A DNA stretch of 63,648 bases, filler included, from Phoronis australis (GCA_002633005.1; 11 parts of 11 records of this genome joined end to end with filler, not necessarily neighbours in it), one strand, 5' to 3'; counted from the whole stretch's first letter, positions 13,447 through 27,700 are shown. A program made the numbers and translations. The notes: generated by a model not told the origin, from the letters alone.

Positions 13447-14477
13447 CTTGACGACAATGAGACATTGAACCATCATTTAATTTCGGAAAATGAAACGTCA
13501 CCTAAAGGTACTTAGGACCCTTGAAAAAGATGTCCAAATTTCGCAACCTTCGCAACATCATATCGATTAACTTGCTTTATGCACTGTTCTCCAACATCTT
13601 TTAGCAGTTGTTTTAAAAATTTTCCACTTTTGGATGAGGGACTACCAAAACAAGAGTTTGATTATGCATATGGAAAAACACAAAAGTTGCATAAAACGAA
13701 AACGACATAATACTTTAGGTTTCGTCTTGAAAATTTATATAGTATGAACTTTTTATTCACGGTAGGATTATCACACGAACCTGGAAATGTATAGGACTCT
13801 GTTGTCGAATTCTGTATTGTATGTGAATTTTCGTGTCAGAGCACTTGTTTAGTAAGACAGAAGCACCAGACTATCCAATTGGTTTAGTAACGGTAGCTGA
13901 AGAGCCAATTATGTATAAACTGTGTTGAAGCCATCCATGCCAGAGGGGATGTTGAAAATAAACGTCGACACAAATGACAAAATTACGACAGAAATGGCTC
14001 ACTCGTGCGACTGCACAATCATTAGTGATTTATGTTCCAATTATGGACATATAGGTGTATGCACTACCAGACCTGCGAATTTTACATAACACTGGCCCCA
14101 GTGCCCTGTTGCTTGAAACAGTTCCAAATAGGCACTTTCCTCGAATCTTCTACGTATTTTTGGACTTGTGATAACACCGGTTGTCCGTTCTTATGCTGTT
14201 TTAATTTCACCACTTGGTCAAGTTTTGACTCCGACATAAATCGACAGGGAACTCGTCTTAAATTGTCATTATCAATGAAAATAAGTAGAAATCTTTTCAT
14301 GCTTTGGCGTACAAGGAAAAATGCTGTTGGGCTATGTGCGTAGTGGTGGTTCGTTGGAACAGTTAGAAACAACGAGGTTGAGTCTAACTTGTCCTACTGT
14401 TATAAACTGCAGTTCGTGATACAGAACATACACTCTGTCAGTGCGGAATGACAACTCTTACTTGAGATACAAATAAA

Positions 14478-14481
<4 letters not shown>

Positions 14482-14569
<88 letters not shown>
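14482..14569. repeat. Compound (CA)n(TA)n microsatellite
   Basis: Direct inspection. Confidence 0.95.
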
Positions 14570-15627
14570 TGTATACTAGCACGGGTAGCAGGTAGTGGGA
14601 AACGCCGTGGGGAAACATATACACCTACATGTAAGAGTGAACCGATCGAGTCATTCATCGCAAGAGAAAGGAATACTTCTTGAAGAGACCGTGTTCAAAG
14701 CTTCAAGAATAATTTCTGTCACCTGTCAGATATTAGTAGGTAATTAAGGTGTGCGGCTGTAGGATTCTTCCCGTAGGCACTACAAATTTCTTTCCAGAAC
14801 ATTTGACCCTGCAGTAACACAATGTACGGTAATCAGATATTCTTCAGTTTAAAGTGAAAACTAAGAATGCNAGAGGGAGAGGGAGAGGGAGAGGGAGAGG
14901 GGGAGGCGGAGGGGGATTAGAGATACTAGAATTAAACAATCAAATAAGATGTACAAATAAGGGATGTACTACAATATTAATTCCTTTCTCTGAGAAAGTG
15001 GTAGTAAACAACAACAGAAAGTTATGAAACACGATGACTAAACTAAAATGATGCCAAAATACAATAGTACATTTTCTGCAAGGATCACAATTCAGGGACT
15101 ATCCCTGTTTATTTTCATTGAAATAAGGACTCAGCTTTCGACCATATTATAGAAAATGTCGTTGAGTCAACGAGGAGCTCATGGTGAAGGTAAAATGATA
15201 GAAAAATATAACACCTGTGAGTAAAGAAAGACATGAATACACAGAGGATTTAGGGAACTTAGTCGAGTGCATATTAAGGACTGTTTCTTAAAATCGCGGG
15301 CACACTGTGCCTGTTTTGTGAAGAGTAATTATTGCCAAAGAGAAAGCTACACATTTTTGTATTTTAGCCTTAAGTTGTAGACAGGCAGTTTTCTGACTTT
15401 TAACCTCAGCCCAATTTCGCGAAACAGGCCATCCTTAGACTGCTTTTGGCCAACAGTCATAAGTTAAACATTAGATTCCTCGGGAAACAGCTCCCAGGTG
15501 TCATGTACACTATATGTACTTCGTCCGTTGGTTTGATCACAGTCGTCTGGACTGTTTATCACTCGCCACTTTCGAAATTTATGAATTTTCAGGTATGATA
15601 CATCGCACACCAAGATCAATCAGTCTG

Positions 15628-15637
15628 CATACATATA

Positions 15638-15681
<44 letters not shown>

Positions 15682-15707
15682 CATACATACATACATACAT
15701 ACATACA

Positions 15708-15739
<32 letters not shown>

Positions 15740-16205
15740 CATGTATTCATGCATACATACATACATACATAGATACATACATTCATGCATACATACATAC
15801 GTACATACCAACATACCTACGTACATACATACAAACATACATACATACATACATGCATACATACATACATACATACATTCATGCATACATACATACGTAC
15901 ATACAAACATACCAACATACATACATACATACATACATACATACAAACCTACAAGCATACATACATACATACATACATTCATGCATACATACATACGTAC
16001 ATACAAACATACCTACATACATACATACATACATACAAACATACATACATACATGCATACATACATACACACATACATGTGTACATGTACATACATAGAT
16101 ACGCATGCATGCATGAATACATAAAACATACATACACTCATGCATACACGCGCGCACACGCACACAGATACAGAGTATATATACTGTACATACATACATG
16201 CATGC
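15628..16205. repeat. (TA)n followed by degenerate (TACA)n satellite
   Basis: Direct inspection; it explains all the YIHT/MYVC pseudo-ORFs. Confidence 0.95.
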
Positions 16206-17419
16206 AACCATACGCACTCGCATTAAACGATGAACGCGAACATGCAAAAGGGTACACTCGGTTTTCAAAAATTCATACCACCTTGATTACTGGGCGGTAA
16301 TTGTAAGCAGGCGATTTGCTATTTGAGTAGTCATTCTGGCCAAGTCCTTCGACGGAAATCTCTAGGAAACCTGTAATTACAAAAGCGAAACTTGTAAAGC
16401 ATCCTAGAAAGCCACACAAATATCATGTATCATGTAGGCTGTGTAGGCCGATTTTAGGCCGTGCTCTGGCATTTTCCTTCGAAGGCTGTGGTTGCCCACT
16501 TACAGTGTAAGCTTGGAATTCCTAGAATGGTCAGTGAATACCATAGTAGAAATTGTTTACCAGGCACACACTCGCACATAGCTCAGGGTACCGACAAGTA
16601 TAACGGGTGTCAAAATGACATGAATTTCTATGGGGCTTTTCAACCTTTCCAAGAATGGACAATTTTAAGTCAATCGCCGGTGATATTTATATTCACTTTG
16701 AAAGCACAAATCGACTGCCATGTGTATCGTGCCGAGGGAAATTTTGAAACCAAGGTCCTGCATCATGAAAAGCCGGACTAAACATGTTTAATGCGGAAAT
16801 TTGATATTTCGCTCCATGCAACTATTTCTGAAAAAATTATATCTCACTTAAGCAAAAACGCAAAGTTTCTAAGCATGTGTACACAGCTGCTGCTTAATTG
16901 TTGAGATAATTACTATAAATTAATTATCTAGAGTGATGCGCTCTTAATTACTTGACTAAAACCTTTTCAGTAATTATGAAGAGTCAATTTTTTAATTATC
17001 GAACCGTTAACGACGTCGAGTTCGGCCATTGTCTTACCTTTTTGAACTTTCCATGTCAGAGGTCACTGTTGAAGTAGTGCGGGAGGTGAATACGGAAAAC
17101 AATATCACATGGCCATATTGCACTCGACTGATTCAACGTGTATTTGATAAAATAGTTGAACGAGAGAACAAATGATAGACATAGGATCAAAAGCCTAAAC
17201 GTATCACCTTTCGTCAAACAACATACTTAAAAAGGCAATATCCGTGCCCTAATCGTTACAAAACCAGTCTCAAGTTGTTCCTTACCTTAAGGAATGGTTT
17301 CTAAGCTTGGGAAGAACTGATTATTTCAGGCTAGGGACAAGCATTCAGCATTCCTGTATCTCCAAAGCAATGTTATGAAGGGCATTTCGCAATGCTTTGC
17401 TCGTGCATCCTAAACTTAC

Positions 17420-20400
17420 TTGTTGAAAACCTGTAGTCGACCCAAGCACGATTGATTCCAACAGGTCGAGTGTTTGTAGAAGTGACTCGTGCAACATAGT
17501 CTGTTCGGCTATCCAATCCTAGCAAGAACGCTGTCTGTTTACCGCCATCTCCAAGAACCGAAATATTTGACTTGTGTAAACTGGAAATATGCAAGTTTTT
17601 CTTGACATTAGGGTTATCAAGTGCGAACTTAGACTAAAAACTCAATTGCAGAACTCATGATGTGCTCCAGCACAGAGTAATAGACACAGAGCTGGAGTTC
17701 AAACAAAAGTAGAACGGAAGATGCCAATATTATTTCGAGTAGGCCTACCAAGATTAGAACCCGAACCCCCAAAACAGGTCAGGATTAATTGTCAAAAAAT
17801 ACAGAAGTGTCGGTGTACATTTACGCGAATGGACTGGCGAATCAGTTCGTTCCATAATGGTGAAAAGCACACGCTCTTTAACGCACTCCAAGTACTGCGC
17901 TTTCATTCGCAAAATGTCGGTCAAATTATGTTTCGATGTTCTTGCACATTCCCACATGTAGTGTCACGTGCGTACCAACAACATTAAGGAGACACCATTG
18001 GCAAGAAAAATGATTGTCTGAAATCAGTCTCAACGCGGAATCGAACCTGCAACCCCGCAGTCACTGTTAAATTCTCAGAATATTTTTAAATACACTTTGA
18101 AAAGTAGCATTAAATGTGGAAAACAGTCTAAATTGAATTATTCAAAAGTGGTTTTCTGCCAATGAAACAGAAGTCAAACTGTTCACCAGGCATTTTTTGC
18201 CGTTTGTTTGTAAAGATTTTGAATTTCTGTTGATGTCAAACATTTTTCCTTTAGTTTCAAATTTCAAAAAACGATGTCAACCGCTCTTCACTTCGTCGAT
18301 TTTTCTTCCACACGGCAAAGCAAGTCTGCTTTTTAACTGATATGGCAAGAAATGAACGTAGTACATTTCCCTAGTATGGAAATGTGACCTTTGACCTTTG
18401 AGGAAACAAAACAATGGCGTGCGTGCATGTTATTAGGGTGGGAGAATTTGAAAATTGAATCGGGATGAAAGAGTTTTTAATTTTGAATGTTTCAAAAATG
18501 GTGAACATGACGATTTTTTCTCGAAATTCTTTGTTTATTCAAAGTTGATAACGCTCACGTTAGCATCCTCAAGAGCTAGATTTGCCACTATCTGTTTAAA
18601 TTAAAAAGATATTTTTCGCGTCCCATGCCTTTTTAACTCATAAAGACTCTAGACTTGATTGCAGCGAATGTCTGGCAGACAACGGCGAAAATTGAAGATT
18701 TGTAATACAGTTACAAAACACAGCTAAGTTAGAGCTCTGCTGAAAACCAATTCCTTCAAAAAGTCTATTCTATCCAAAAACAACATCCAATGTGAATTTT
18801 TTTTGGTCATAACAGCGATAATGTCCCTGTATAAGTCCATGGCTGATTGAGGCGTTGCAGGCGGTAATACAAGTCTCCGAAGGAACACCGTTCCTGTGGG
18901 CTGTTTTTCTTCGGAAAGTAACTTCAGCAAAAAATGAACGTTTGCAAAGGAATACCCAGAAATTCAAAAATTTTTACTTATACTTTTTGAGAAATTCGTC
19001 CTATGGTTATACTCACATTTTTCACAAATAGGTGTACACAGATATAGACACAAGTTTCCACTGGGCGCATAGACCCAAGATACAAGCATATACAATGGAT
19101 ACTGATAAATTGAAAGGGGTGAATTCCTAATTTTCTATGTTAGGTTTCTATCGGTGATATTAACATTAATTACTTTTCAAAATGTCCTGGCATGCATGCA
19201 ACATCAGATTTTGCGTGTTTCACTGCATAATTACCAAGGCAACAGATTCAAAAAATTCACTTCTGTGTATTGACTCTGAGCTGAAAACATGTTAGTCTAT
19301 TACTGTTGACAAAATTCACGTCGACCCTGAAACCACTAAAAAGCGTAAACATAATTCAGAACAAAAACATTTCAAAAAAGACCACTTATGGATTTTTAAA
19401 CTTAACAGAAAAGTGGACAGAACTGCTATCTTCTTGGGTCATCTCGTATAAGATCTGTAGCCCTACATGTAGGTCAACAAAAGTCTTACAAACTTCAGGC
19501 GTATTCCCGCTCTGAATTATATGCGTGATGTTTCCGTACTTTTTAGCGCCTGCGTGTTGCATTCAAATGCTTTTGCAATCGCGCACCGCCGTGTAGTGTC
19601 ACTTACCTGAAACTGGCGTCCACTATTTTCTTGTACTCAACCGTAAACGCTTGTTTAAATCCACGATCCAATCCTGGTAACCAACTTATTGAGACCACTG
19701 TCCCATTCCACGTGAAAGAAACATTTTTCGGAGTTTGAGGGGGTCCTATAACATAAACCTTCAATGCATTAGATGCCAGAAACGAAACCGGAAGGCCCAG
19801 CAATTCAACTTTTGAAACCAAGAAACATTTTGGATAGCTGGAGGTAAGAAAATAAGCTAATGATAAATTTAGAACTGAAACGTATACGTACAGAAATATT
19901 TTGTGGCATTGGAAGCAGCTCTAGTGGGGGACGGCAAATGCTCCCAGAGAGGCGATTCATCAAAATGCGTGCGTGCACGTCAACCTAGTGACGCTTGAAC
20001 CGGTCTCTTACTAGTTCTAGACTCTAGGACGCGCCGCCCGTTCGACAAAGTAGCCGCCAACAGAAGTTTGATACGAAATCTATTAACAGCTCGGAGATTT
20101 CAATTGCACTGCACTGAAATAAAATTCTTTAGAAGAGAAGTTAGTATCTAATTACCAATGTCGAGATCCATCCACGACCAGTCCGTTGTGGTGTTGGCTA
20201 TTGTTATATTCCCTGGTTCATCCAATACGTGTCTACTATTTGCGAAACATTCGTTAGACAACTCATTGTGATTAACTGAAGAACAATCGCCCTGGGTGTT
20301 GTACTGCATGAGACATAGGTGAATGCATTCGGACTCTCTCTTGTTCTCGTAAACGGTCCCTCGCCACGAAAGGTCGGCCAGTTTCTTTCCACGATTCTTT

Positions 20401-20516
20401 ACTGTAAAAATACTTGTCAGTGTTTGATGGTGTCGTAGAATTTCCGATGTAACTTCGACACATGGAATCCTGAACACACCGAACAAAAATAAAAGAGTCG
20501 CTAATATGTGTTTCAT
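17420..20516 (-). CDS. Secreted/cell-surface protein: signal peptide + PAN/apple domain + fibronectin type III; 3' part unresolved
   Basis: Phase-compatible GT-AG exons: 20156-20516 (MKHILATLLFLFG..., ECIHLC...CSSVNHN...C = PAN), 19607-19745 (GPPQTP...SISWLPGLDRGFKQAFTVEY) and 17420-17580 (LDSRTDYVARVTSTN). The last two together make one FN3 domain. Confidence 0.75.
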
Positions 20517-21599
20517 CTTCAAATACTGACAGCTAGCTCGTACTAATGAGCATTTTAAAATATTCTACATAGTCAACAATAAAAGGATGTTACCCTATAG
20601 ACATAAATGTTTAATGCATTAATGCAAAAGTTTAGATCGCACCAGTCCAGCACACCATCAAATAGAAAGTACGTCATTTCAGAGTTGACAATGATTGCAA
20701 CGATGTTCATCCACGAATATTTGCCGTGATTGGGAAATACTAATGACCATTATCACAGATGGATAAACAAGTCCAAATATAGATGATACGTATAACAGGT
20801 CCATCATACACTCGAGCCCATACTGTACATCAGTGTAAACATGGACAGTTATGCTGAGTTCTTTCTAAAATAGAATGGGAATTGTCAGAAATTATTTCGA
20901 GTTCAATTTCGTCTGCAAAGTTCTGTTAGTTGTATCCTCTTAAAATTTGAATATTGTTTTCAACAGGCCGTTCTATCTCGTCCACTTACATGAGAAACGG
21001 AAGTGAAATAGTTTGCCCTACCACATTTTATCCAGCATGGTGGACGAAGTCGTGGACTCGTGTATTCTACAACTATTAGTATGCTCGACGATGCTATGAA
21101 CGTACACGCACGATACAGATTTTCTCTGCCGTTATTTACCTGTGGAACTCCAGTTTCACAAAAAATATTTTAAGCCTTGAAAAACTTCTTACAGAAACTG
21201 AAATTTTGCTTTCGTTCATTTAACTCTAGTTTCAAACGAGAGCTTGGAAAAATACATAAATGAGATCTGGAGTGTTCATTTATTCACCCGGCGTTGTGAC
21301 AAATTCATCCACCACGTCGGAAACTTTCATTTGAGGTTCATGTACCGACATTTAAATTAACACCGGTATATACGATCTTTGACTGCCTTGAGTGTCAAAT
21401 GATGTTGCTTTGCGAATTCCAAAATGTGCGACAACTTAGTGGATTGTCAATTTATCTCATAATAAATTCATAGAGAACATCATTCCGAAAATTAGACATT
21501 TCAATCAATTAGCGTAAGTGCACAAACATAACATGAGTCAGAAAACAACGAAGCTGCGCATGTTTACTCAGGCACACAGACAAGACTGGAAGATTCCAT

Positions 21600-21625
21600 C
21601 AAGGAGTGTACTACTACACTCCTTG
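21600..21625. mobile_element. 26-bp TIR-only remnant of a CAAGG-ended (P-like) element
   Basis: caaggagtgtactactacactccttg flanked by attccat/attccag; the same terminus ends a longer copy at 2974-2993. Confidence 0.6.
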
Positions 21626-23269
21626 ATTCCAGCAAACAATTAGCAATATTCAAGCACTTATAGCATAAATTCATGGCCAAATGGTGTCATTTCCCAATTT
21701 CTCCCTGTTTTAAGAGACAGTTGCATTTTACTGTCGAGCCAGACGCCATCATACAGTGCAACCCAAAAATAGCAGGTTGTTTATAGGAAGTACCATTTAA
21801 AGATAATTTTCGACTTTTTGAAAAGTAACTTCACATTTCATAGATTAAGTTTTCAAATGTCCCAACTCATAAAAGTATACATTTTTTGAACGCTTGATGA
21901 CGGACAGATCTTAATTCATGCCTCATAACTGGTACGAACATTTGTAGTGACGGGACGCCATTATTGTGAAAATTATGTTTTTATTTTGAACTGGTGAATT
22001 TTGAAAAATAAACTTCGGGCGCCTTCGTGTTTGAACTAAACATTATTCCTGCAAATACCAGGCCTGCTATATGTCTCGCATTTTTGATTTTATCAGAAAC
22101 AACAGAGACATCATCCATCAAATTCCTTTAATTGAAACATCGCCTCAACTGAAGACTTCATATTGCTGGATGGAAGATCAAAACACGGCAAACACGGATC
22201 CCAGGGTTATAGTCCACGAACGTGCGTTCCGAAACTGTAACGAGATTGCTCTAGATAGATGTTTAAAACTATAAAAGAGTTTAAAATAGCCGATAAAGAT
22301 TTTCTATATTAAAAATCAATCGAATTTGTTCCAAGGCAACTCACGATTCGCACACAACTGACCTCAAGTGAGTAGCTTATCAAAAATATGCTAACTATCT
22401 AGGAGTAATCTCGCAAGAATCCTCCAAGAATAACCTTGATTCGACACCAAGTCCGTGCTTTCTGTCAAAAACCAATGTCACTTACATTCCAGTTACCTGA
22501 CCAGATCTAAAGAGTCAGTAATTTCAGCCTCATTGTTGCGCATTTGACTCAGGCTGAGGCATATTTTTCAGAGTGAAGGTTTACTAGTTTTATCCTAACA
22601 ATTACCTTTCATTTTGAATGCTCCGGTGGCTAAAAAATACGACAGATCCTTAAAACAGAATGTTGAAAAGTGGGTTTCATAGGTGAAGGTCTACCAAAAT
22701 ACTAAATCAAGTGATGGCTACATGTACGTCCCAACACTGGTCTCATACGCAAAGCACAGGTTTGTTGTACTTCAACTTGGAATCCTGCTTAATCTCAAGA
22801 ATACGCGGAAGTGAGTGTTGCGTGAACATGGAATTCTAAGATCAAGCAAGTGATCTTGAGATTAAGCAAACTGCCAAATCCCGTAAGTGAATTTTTTGGA
22901 ATCTTGCGTGAACTTGGAATTAAGCGGCTGCCTGGCACACAATCACAGAACAAGGCGCTTGGGCTGAAATAGTTACTGAACCGGTAGGCTGCGGAGAGAA
23001 AAAATAGTAAAAAAAAAAACGAGATAAAGCCTCCGAGGCCTGGTCATGAATACTAGTTAGTACCGAGGGACTGGAATAAAAAATCATTTAAGGACTGTAT
23101 TGTGATTACAAATCAATCAGTAATGCACGGCGGACATTCAAGATCATAGCCCTACGGCTACGGTGGTCATTTGAGTCGTATTATTCCTGTGTTGCTGCCT
23201 ATTCCAATATAAAAATAAAGCTGGATGTTTGAAATTAGTGCCTAGTTGACGTTTGATCAAGGGTGAATT

Positions 23270-24345
23270 AAACATTCTCTAACTGGCTGCAATACATTTT
23301 AAATGTTTAGCTTTAGAGCACTTCTGAGCACATTTTCAGTTCTTTCTACCAAATTCCGAGTTTAAGCAAGCCACACTGGTTGCTTAAACTTGGAATAATT
23401 CAATTTCTTCTCTAAAAAATTCGCGATGTGAACCAAACCTTCTCTTAATGATTGCAATACAATGTAAATGCATTTTCTATTACTTTCGAAACACCTATGA
23501 ATGCATTCGCAGTTGTTTTCTACCCAATTCCAAGTTTAAGCAAAGGCGTGGCTCGCTTCAACTTGGAATAACTCAATTTCTGCTTCACAAAAACTCACGT
23601 GGTGAACCAAACATTCTCTGACTGGTTGCAAGGCATTTTAAATGCATCTTCTGATAATTTTGGAACTCTTCTGAGCGCATTCGCAGTTTTTTTCTACCCA
23701 ATTCCAAGTTTAAGCAATGGCGTGGCTCGCTAAAACTTGGAATAATTCAGTTTCCACCTTACAAAAAAAAAAAAAAAAAAAAAAAAACACGTGGTAAACC
23801 AAACATTCTTTCACTGGTTTCAATACATTGTAAATGCATTTTCTATTACTTTTGAAACACCCCTGAATGCATTTCGTAGTTTTTTCTACCCAATTCCAAG
23901 TTTAAGCAAGCCACGCCCTGGCTTAAACTTGGAATAATTCAAATTTTTCTTTACAAAAAATCGTGTGGTGCAGCAAATATTCTCTGACCGGTTACAGTAT
24001 GTCATAAATGCATTTTCTATTACGTTTGGAACACCTCTGAATGCATTCTCAATTGTTTTCTACATAATTCCAAGTTTAAGCAATCCACGCCCTTGCTTAA
24101 ACATTTTCTGACTGGTTAAAATATGTTGTAAGCACAACTTTTTTCTTATCTTGAGACTTTATTGAACACGTTAACAATTATTTTCTTCCGAATTCCACGT
24201 TTAAGCAGGCCATTCTATTTTCGCTTTACAAAAACCCTATGTTGTGAAGTAAGCATTCCCTGAAAGATTACAAGACATTGTGAACAATTTTTTCTATCCC
24301 TGTAAATTACTGGCGATTAATTTTTACCTAATGCCAAGTTTAAAG
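23270..24345 (+). repeat. 174-bp tandem satellite (~6 units), each unit with a ~43-bp palindrome
   Basis: Palindromes ATTCCAAGTTTAAGCAA-core-TTGCTTAAACTTGGAAT start at 23353, 23527, 23701, 23893 and 24067 (periods 174, 174, 192 with a poly-A expansion, 174). Decayed units follow at ~24192 and ~24331. Confidence 0.9.
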
Positions 24346-24753
24346 ATGACTGTAGTAATAATAATGCAGCAGTAAACCGATTCTATTATACATATAAAAC
24401 TCACATTTGCCCGAGTTGCGCTCCAAACAAAACCGATTCACATTTTATTGTAAACTGAAACACTTAAATGCTGACAGCAGTCTCTGGTTAGCTGATATGT
24501 CCATAGGCGGATTTAGNNNNNNNNNNNNNNNNNNNNNNNNNNNNNNNNNNNNNNNNNNNNTTAATTAATTAANNNNNNNNNNNNNNNNNNNNNNNNNNNN
24601 NNNNNNNNNNNNNNNNTACCGTCAAAACATGAACTTTGCTTCCAAATCATATAACAATTTAAAAAATCACCCATAAAGTTCATCTGCTTAATTATCAGCA
24701 TTTATTTTTAAAAAGATATCTCACGATTATAAACTTTCCACCACTGTACTTAC

Positions 24754-27700
24754 GCTCTTAATTACTTTAGCAATAATCTGCAGGGCGAGTGCTTTTTGTT
24801 GGATGTTGGCACTGCGAGCTAGGGTGAACAATTCCTCTAAAGTGTAACCGGGTCGTTCAGGTTCATCGCCATGGTGATGTAGACCCATGTGGACAGGCAC
24901 GTTTGAGTCTGACATCAATGGCTTCCCTTGAAGATCAAAGCGAGCCTGCTGACCAGACTGAAAGAACACGATTTTTACGAAAGAGTGATGATGAAATTTG
25001 TAGTTACGAAGTGTTCAGACCGTGTACTGAGTATGCATAAATTTAGGCTCATGCAGCAGTATGTTCAAATTTAGGGGACTTTACATGAAATACTTGAGTA
25101 AACCCAAGGAGCAAAACAATAAGAGAACATGTGAGTGAGGGTCGACTTAACCAATAGCAGTTAACGCAGTTATGTTCATTTCACAGGTAAAGTCGCCAGC
25201 GAATATCTGGCAGAGAACGGGGAGAAGGGGAGATTGGTAATGAAATCACCAAAACTAAATATTTTATTGTTTCATAACTCTTTATAAGAAAGTTAATTAC
25301 ATCAAAAAGTCTATCCCATACAACAATAATCTCAAAGTTGCATTTTTCAGCTGCAAAAACAATAAATTCCATTCAATGTAATGAAAAGCATCCTATGCAT
25401 CTAATGTGGCTAGAGGCAACTTCACACAAATATCAAATGGCGACCATCACTAGACAGGAACAAGTCATTGTGACTATACTGCCTGGCTTGTCTACCATTA
25501 CGTACAATACCTGCGCATTATTGGCGGTGGGTTTTGGCAAGTTTTTCATCCACTGTAGTTTATCAGTTTCTACTTTGTCCATGTTTACCCAGTCCACATT
25601 GGGTTTCACTGGCAGCTCATCTGTGGAAGAAATATACAATACCAGCATACTGGCAATGAGCTGATAAAAAGGATACAAGATAAGAACTATTGTCAAGAAA
25701 ATGGAACTTCTGTGGACAGAAATGGTGGTGCTTTATATTCCTTTACAAGTGGGCCAGTAGGAGGGGGTCTAGAACCCGTGGACTATCACCGAGGCCCTCG
25801 ATTCCTCAATTTTGGGGTCAAATATCAGCCCCATTTCCCTAAGAAAAATAATTAAAAATCACGCGCAATCACCCTCATCAGGTTCTAAAAATTCCATTCC
25901 AATGGTTAAAGCACCCTACCCCAATGTTAGAATCACTTCTGCAAACCATTTTGGCTGCTTGAGGTATGGAGGGGAGGAATTTCCCCTCAACCAAAAAAAA
26001 TCATCTCTGAGCACGCAAAGGCACATTTCCCCTCAAGTGAGTGAGGGCCCTGACCACTGTTACTGTTGATCCTTGCCTGACTTGCACCTGTTGATAAGAA
26101 ATCTTACTGTCCAGTTAAACTCCAATTTCTATTAATACCTTCAGCAATGGGTTCACTTGCTTTCACGGACTCTTTTGGTTTATGCGAGTCGTCAATAGAT
26201 GGCGTAAGCTGAGGACTGTTATCTGAGACACCAAGTTTTTTATGTGCTGCTTCAGTTTGGGTTCTTGATTTGATGAACGACACCAGCTTAGGATCTGTAA
26301 ATAATATAAATGCATGACATCACTGGAATTATATTCATATGTAGTTTAAGGCCAAACTTGACATTTTAACCCATTTTCAGCCATGTAATTTATAGGGGCA
26401 AGTAGGACTGTCTACCAATTAAAACGGCTATGTCAATTTTTTATGTACATAATAAACATTCCTAGTTCCACACTGTGAAAAGGGTTCTATATCCATTACC
26501 AACTCAAGTCAGGCAAAGGAAATGGAATCCTATCACAGTAAAAAATATCATGAGACCAAAGAGTAAAATGCATAATTCAATTATCATTTTTTAATCACCT
26601 AAAAGGCAAAATCAAGCTTTACGTTTTGTCTAATTACAGTGCGCTGAATAGTTAACTCATTAGAAAATTTGTACAGGTAGGTGATACTAGTTTTATGGGA
26701 AATATATTGTTTTTTCACGAGGAGGAACCAGAGACCTGTTTCACTAAAATGTTTTCAGACAGAGTCTAAACAGAGACTTACACCAAAACCTACGGTTGGC
26801 TATGAGTATCTGCTTAAACTCTGTGTACAGAAACATGGTTAAATTTAAACATCACAGTGAAACAGGCAGCTACTTAATCATTTCTATTTTAGCCAGAGAC
26901 CATGAAAGCAATGTCCCTCTTAATAATTATTTAATTCTTAAATAATTCTGATACTTGTGCAGCGAAGCAAATTTTCCTTAGTGTGTATCAAGTACTCTAC
27001 CTATCATTTCTAACAGCATTTTCTGTTCTGCCAGAACGTCTGCTTGCGACATGGCAGCCAGACGCTCCCTATTTTCACGGCCGATTTTCTCCGCTTCCTG
27101 GCCAGCGTTAGTCATTGTTAGGCCAGAACCATCCACCAACTTAGACATGGGAGCAGTGTCTGAAATAAGAATCAGTGAGGCAGTGGTAATTGAAACTTAA
27201 TTGCTGAAATATCAATTAAAGCTTTGTCAACAATGTACGAATATGGACAGATCCTGAGAGTAATACTGGGTCAAATGGACTGAGGGAAAGCAATGTTACC
27301 AGAGACCAAAGGTCAAGGGCATCATTGCTCTCCGAGGTCCATATGACCTGATATGCCTGTGAAATCAGTCTAAATTAGTTTTATTATATGACCATTGATG
27401 ATTCTTTTCTCCAATTTTTGTCTCTTATTACACCTGCTTAGGGGGGCAAAACAGTGATGGTCGGATCAGTCAAAAACTCATCGTCATATGTCGTTAGCTT
27501 CATAGGAACACGTCTGTCGAATTTGCCCAAACAGAGATGACGGCAACGTGCAACCAGCGTGTGCATAAAAAGCTAACCCTTTTCAGATTCTGTATCCATT
27601 GGTTCAGAGTCCTTGATCTCTTGAAACTGTTGGGCAAATATACTTTTCTTGGATGATAAATTTGTGTTAATCTGAAACATAAGAAACAAACATATTATGG

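Noticed and set aside
15514-16300. Long His/Tyr/Ile-rich and Met/Cys-rich ORFs
   Set aside because: They are artefacts of the (TACA)n satellite.
18025-18066. tRNA gene on the - strand (ggttcgattcc)
   Set aside because: Only a B-box/T-arm fragment is present, with no A box or cloverleaf.
22149-22190. Second hammerhead (ctgaaga...aaaac)
   Set aside because: Stems I and III and the cleavage triplet cannot be formed convincingly.
23270-24345. CRISPR array
   Set aside because: The sequences between palindromes are homologous rather than unique spacers, the context is eukaryotic and there are no cas genes.
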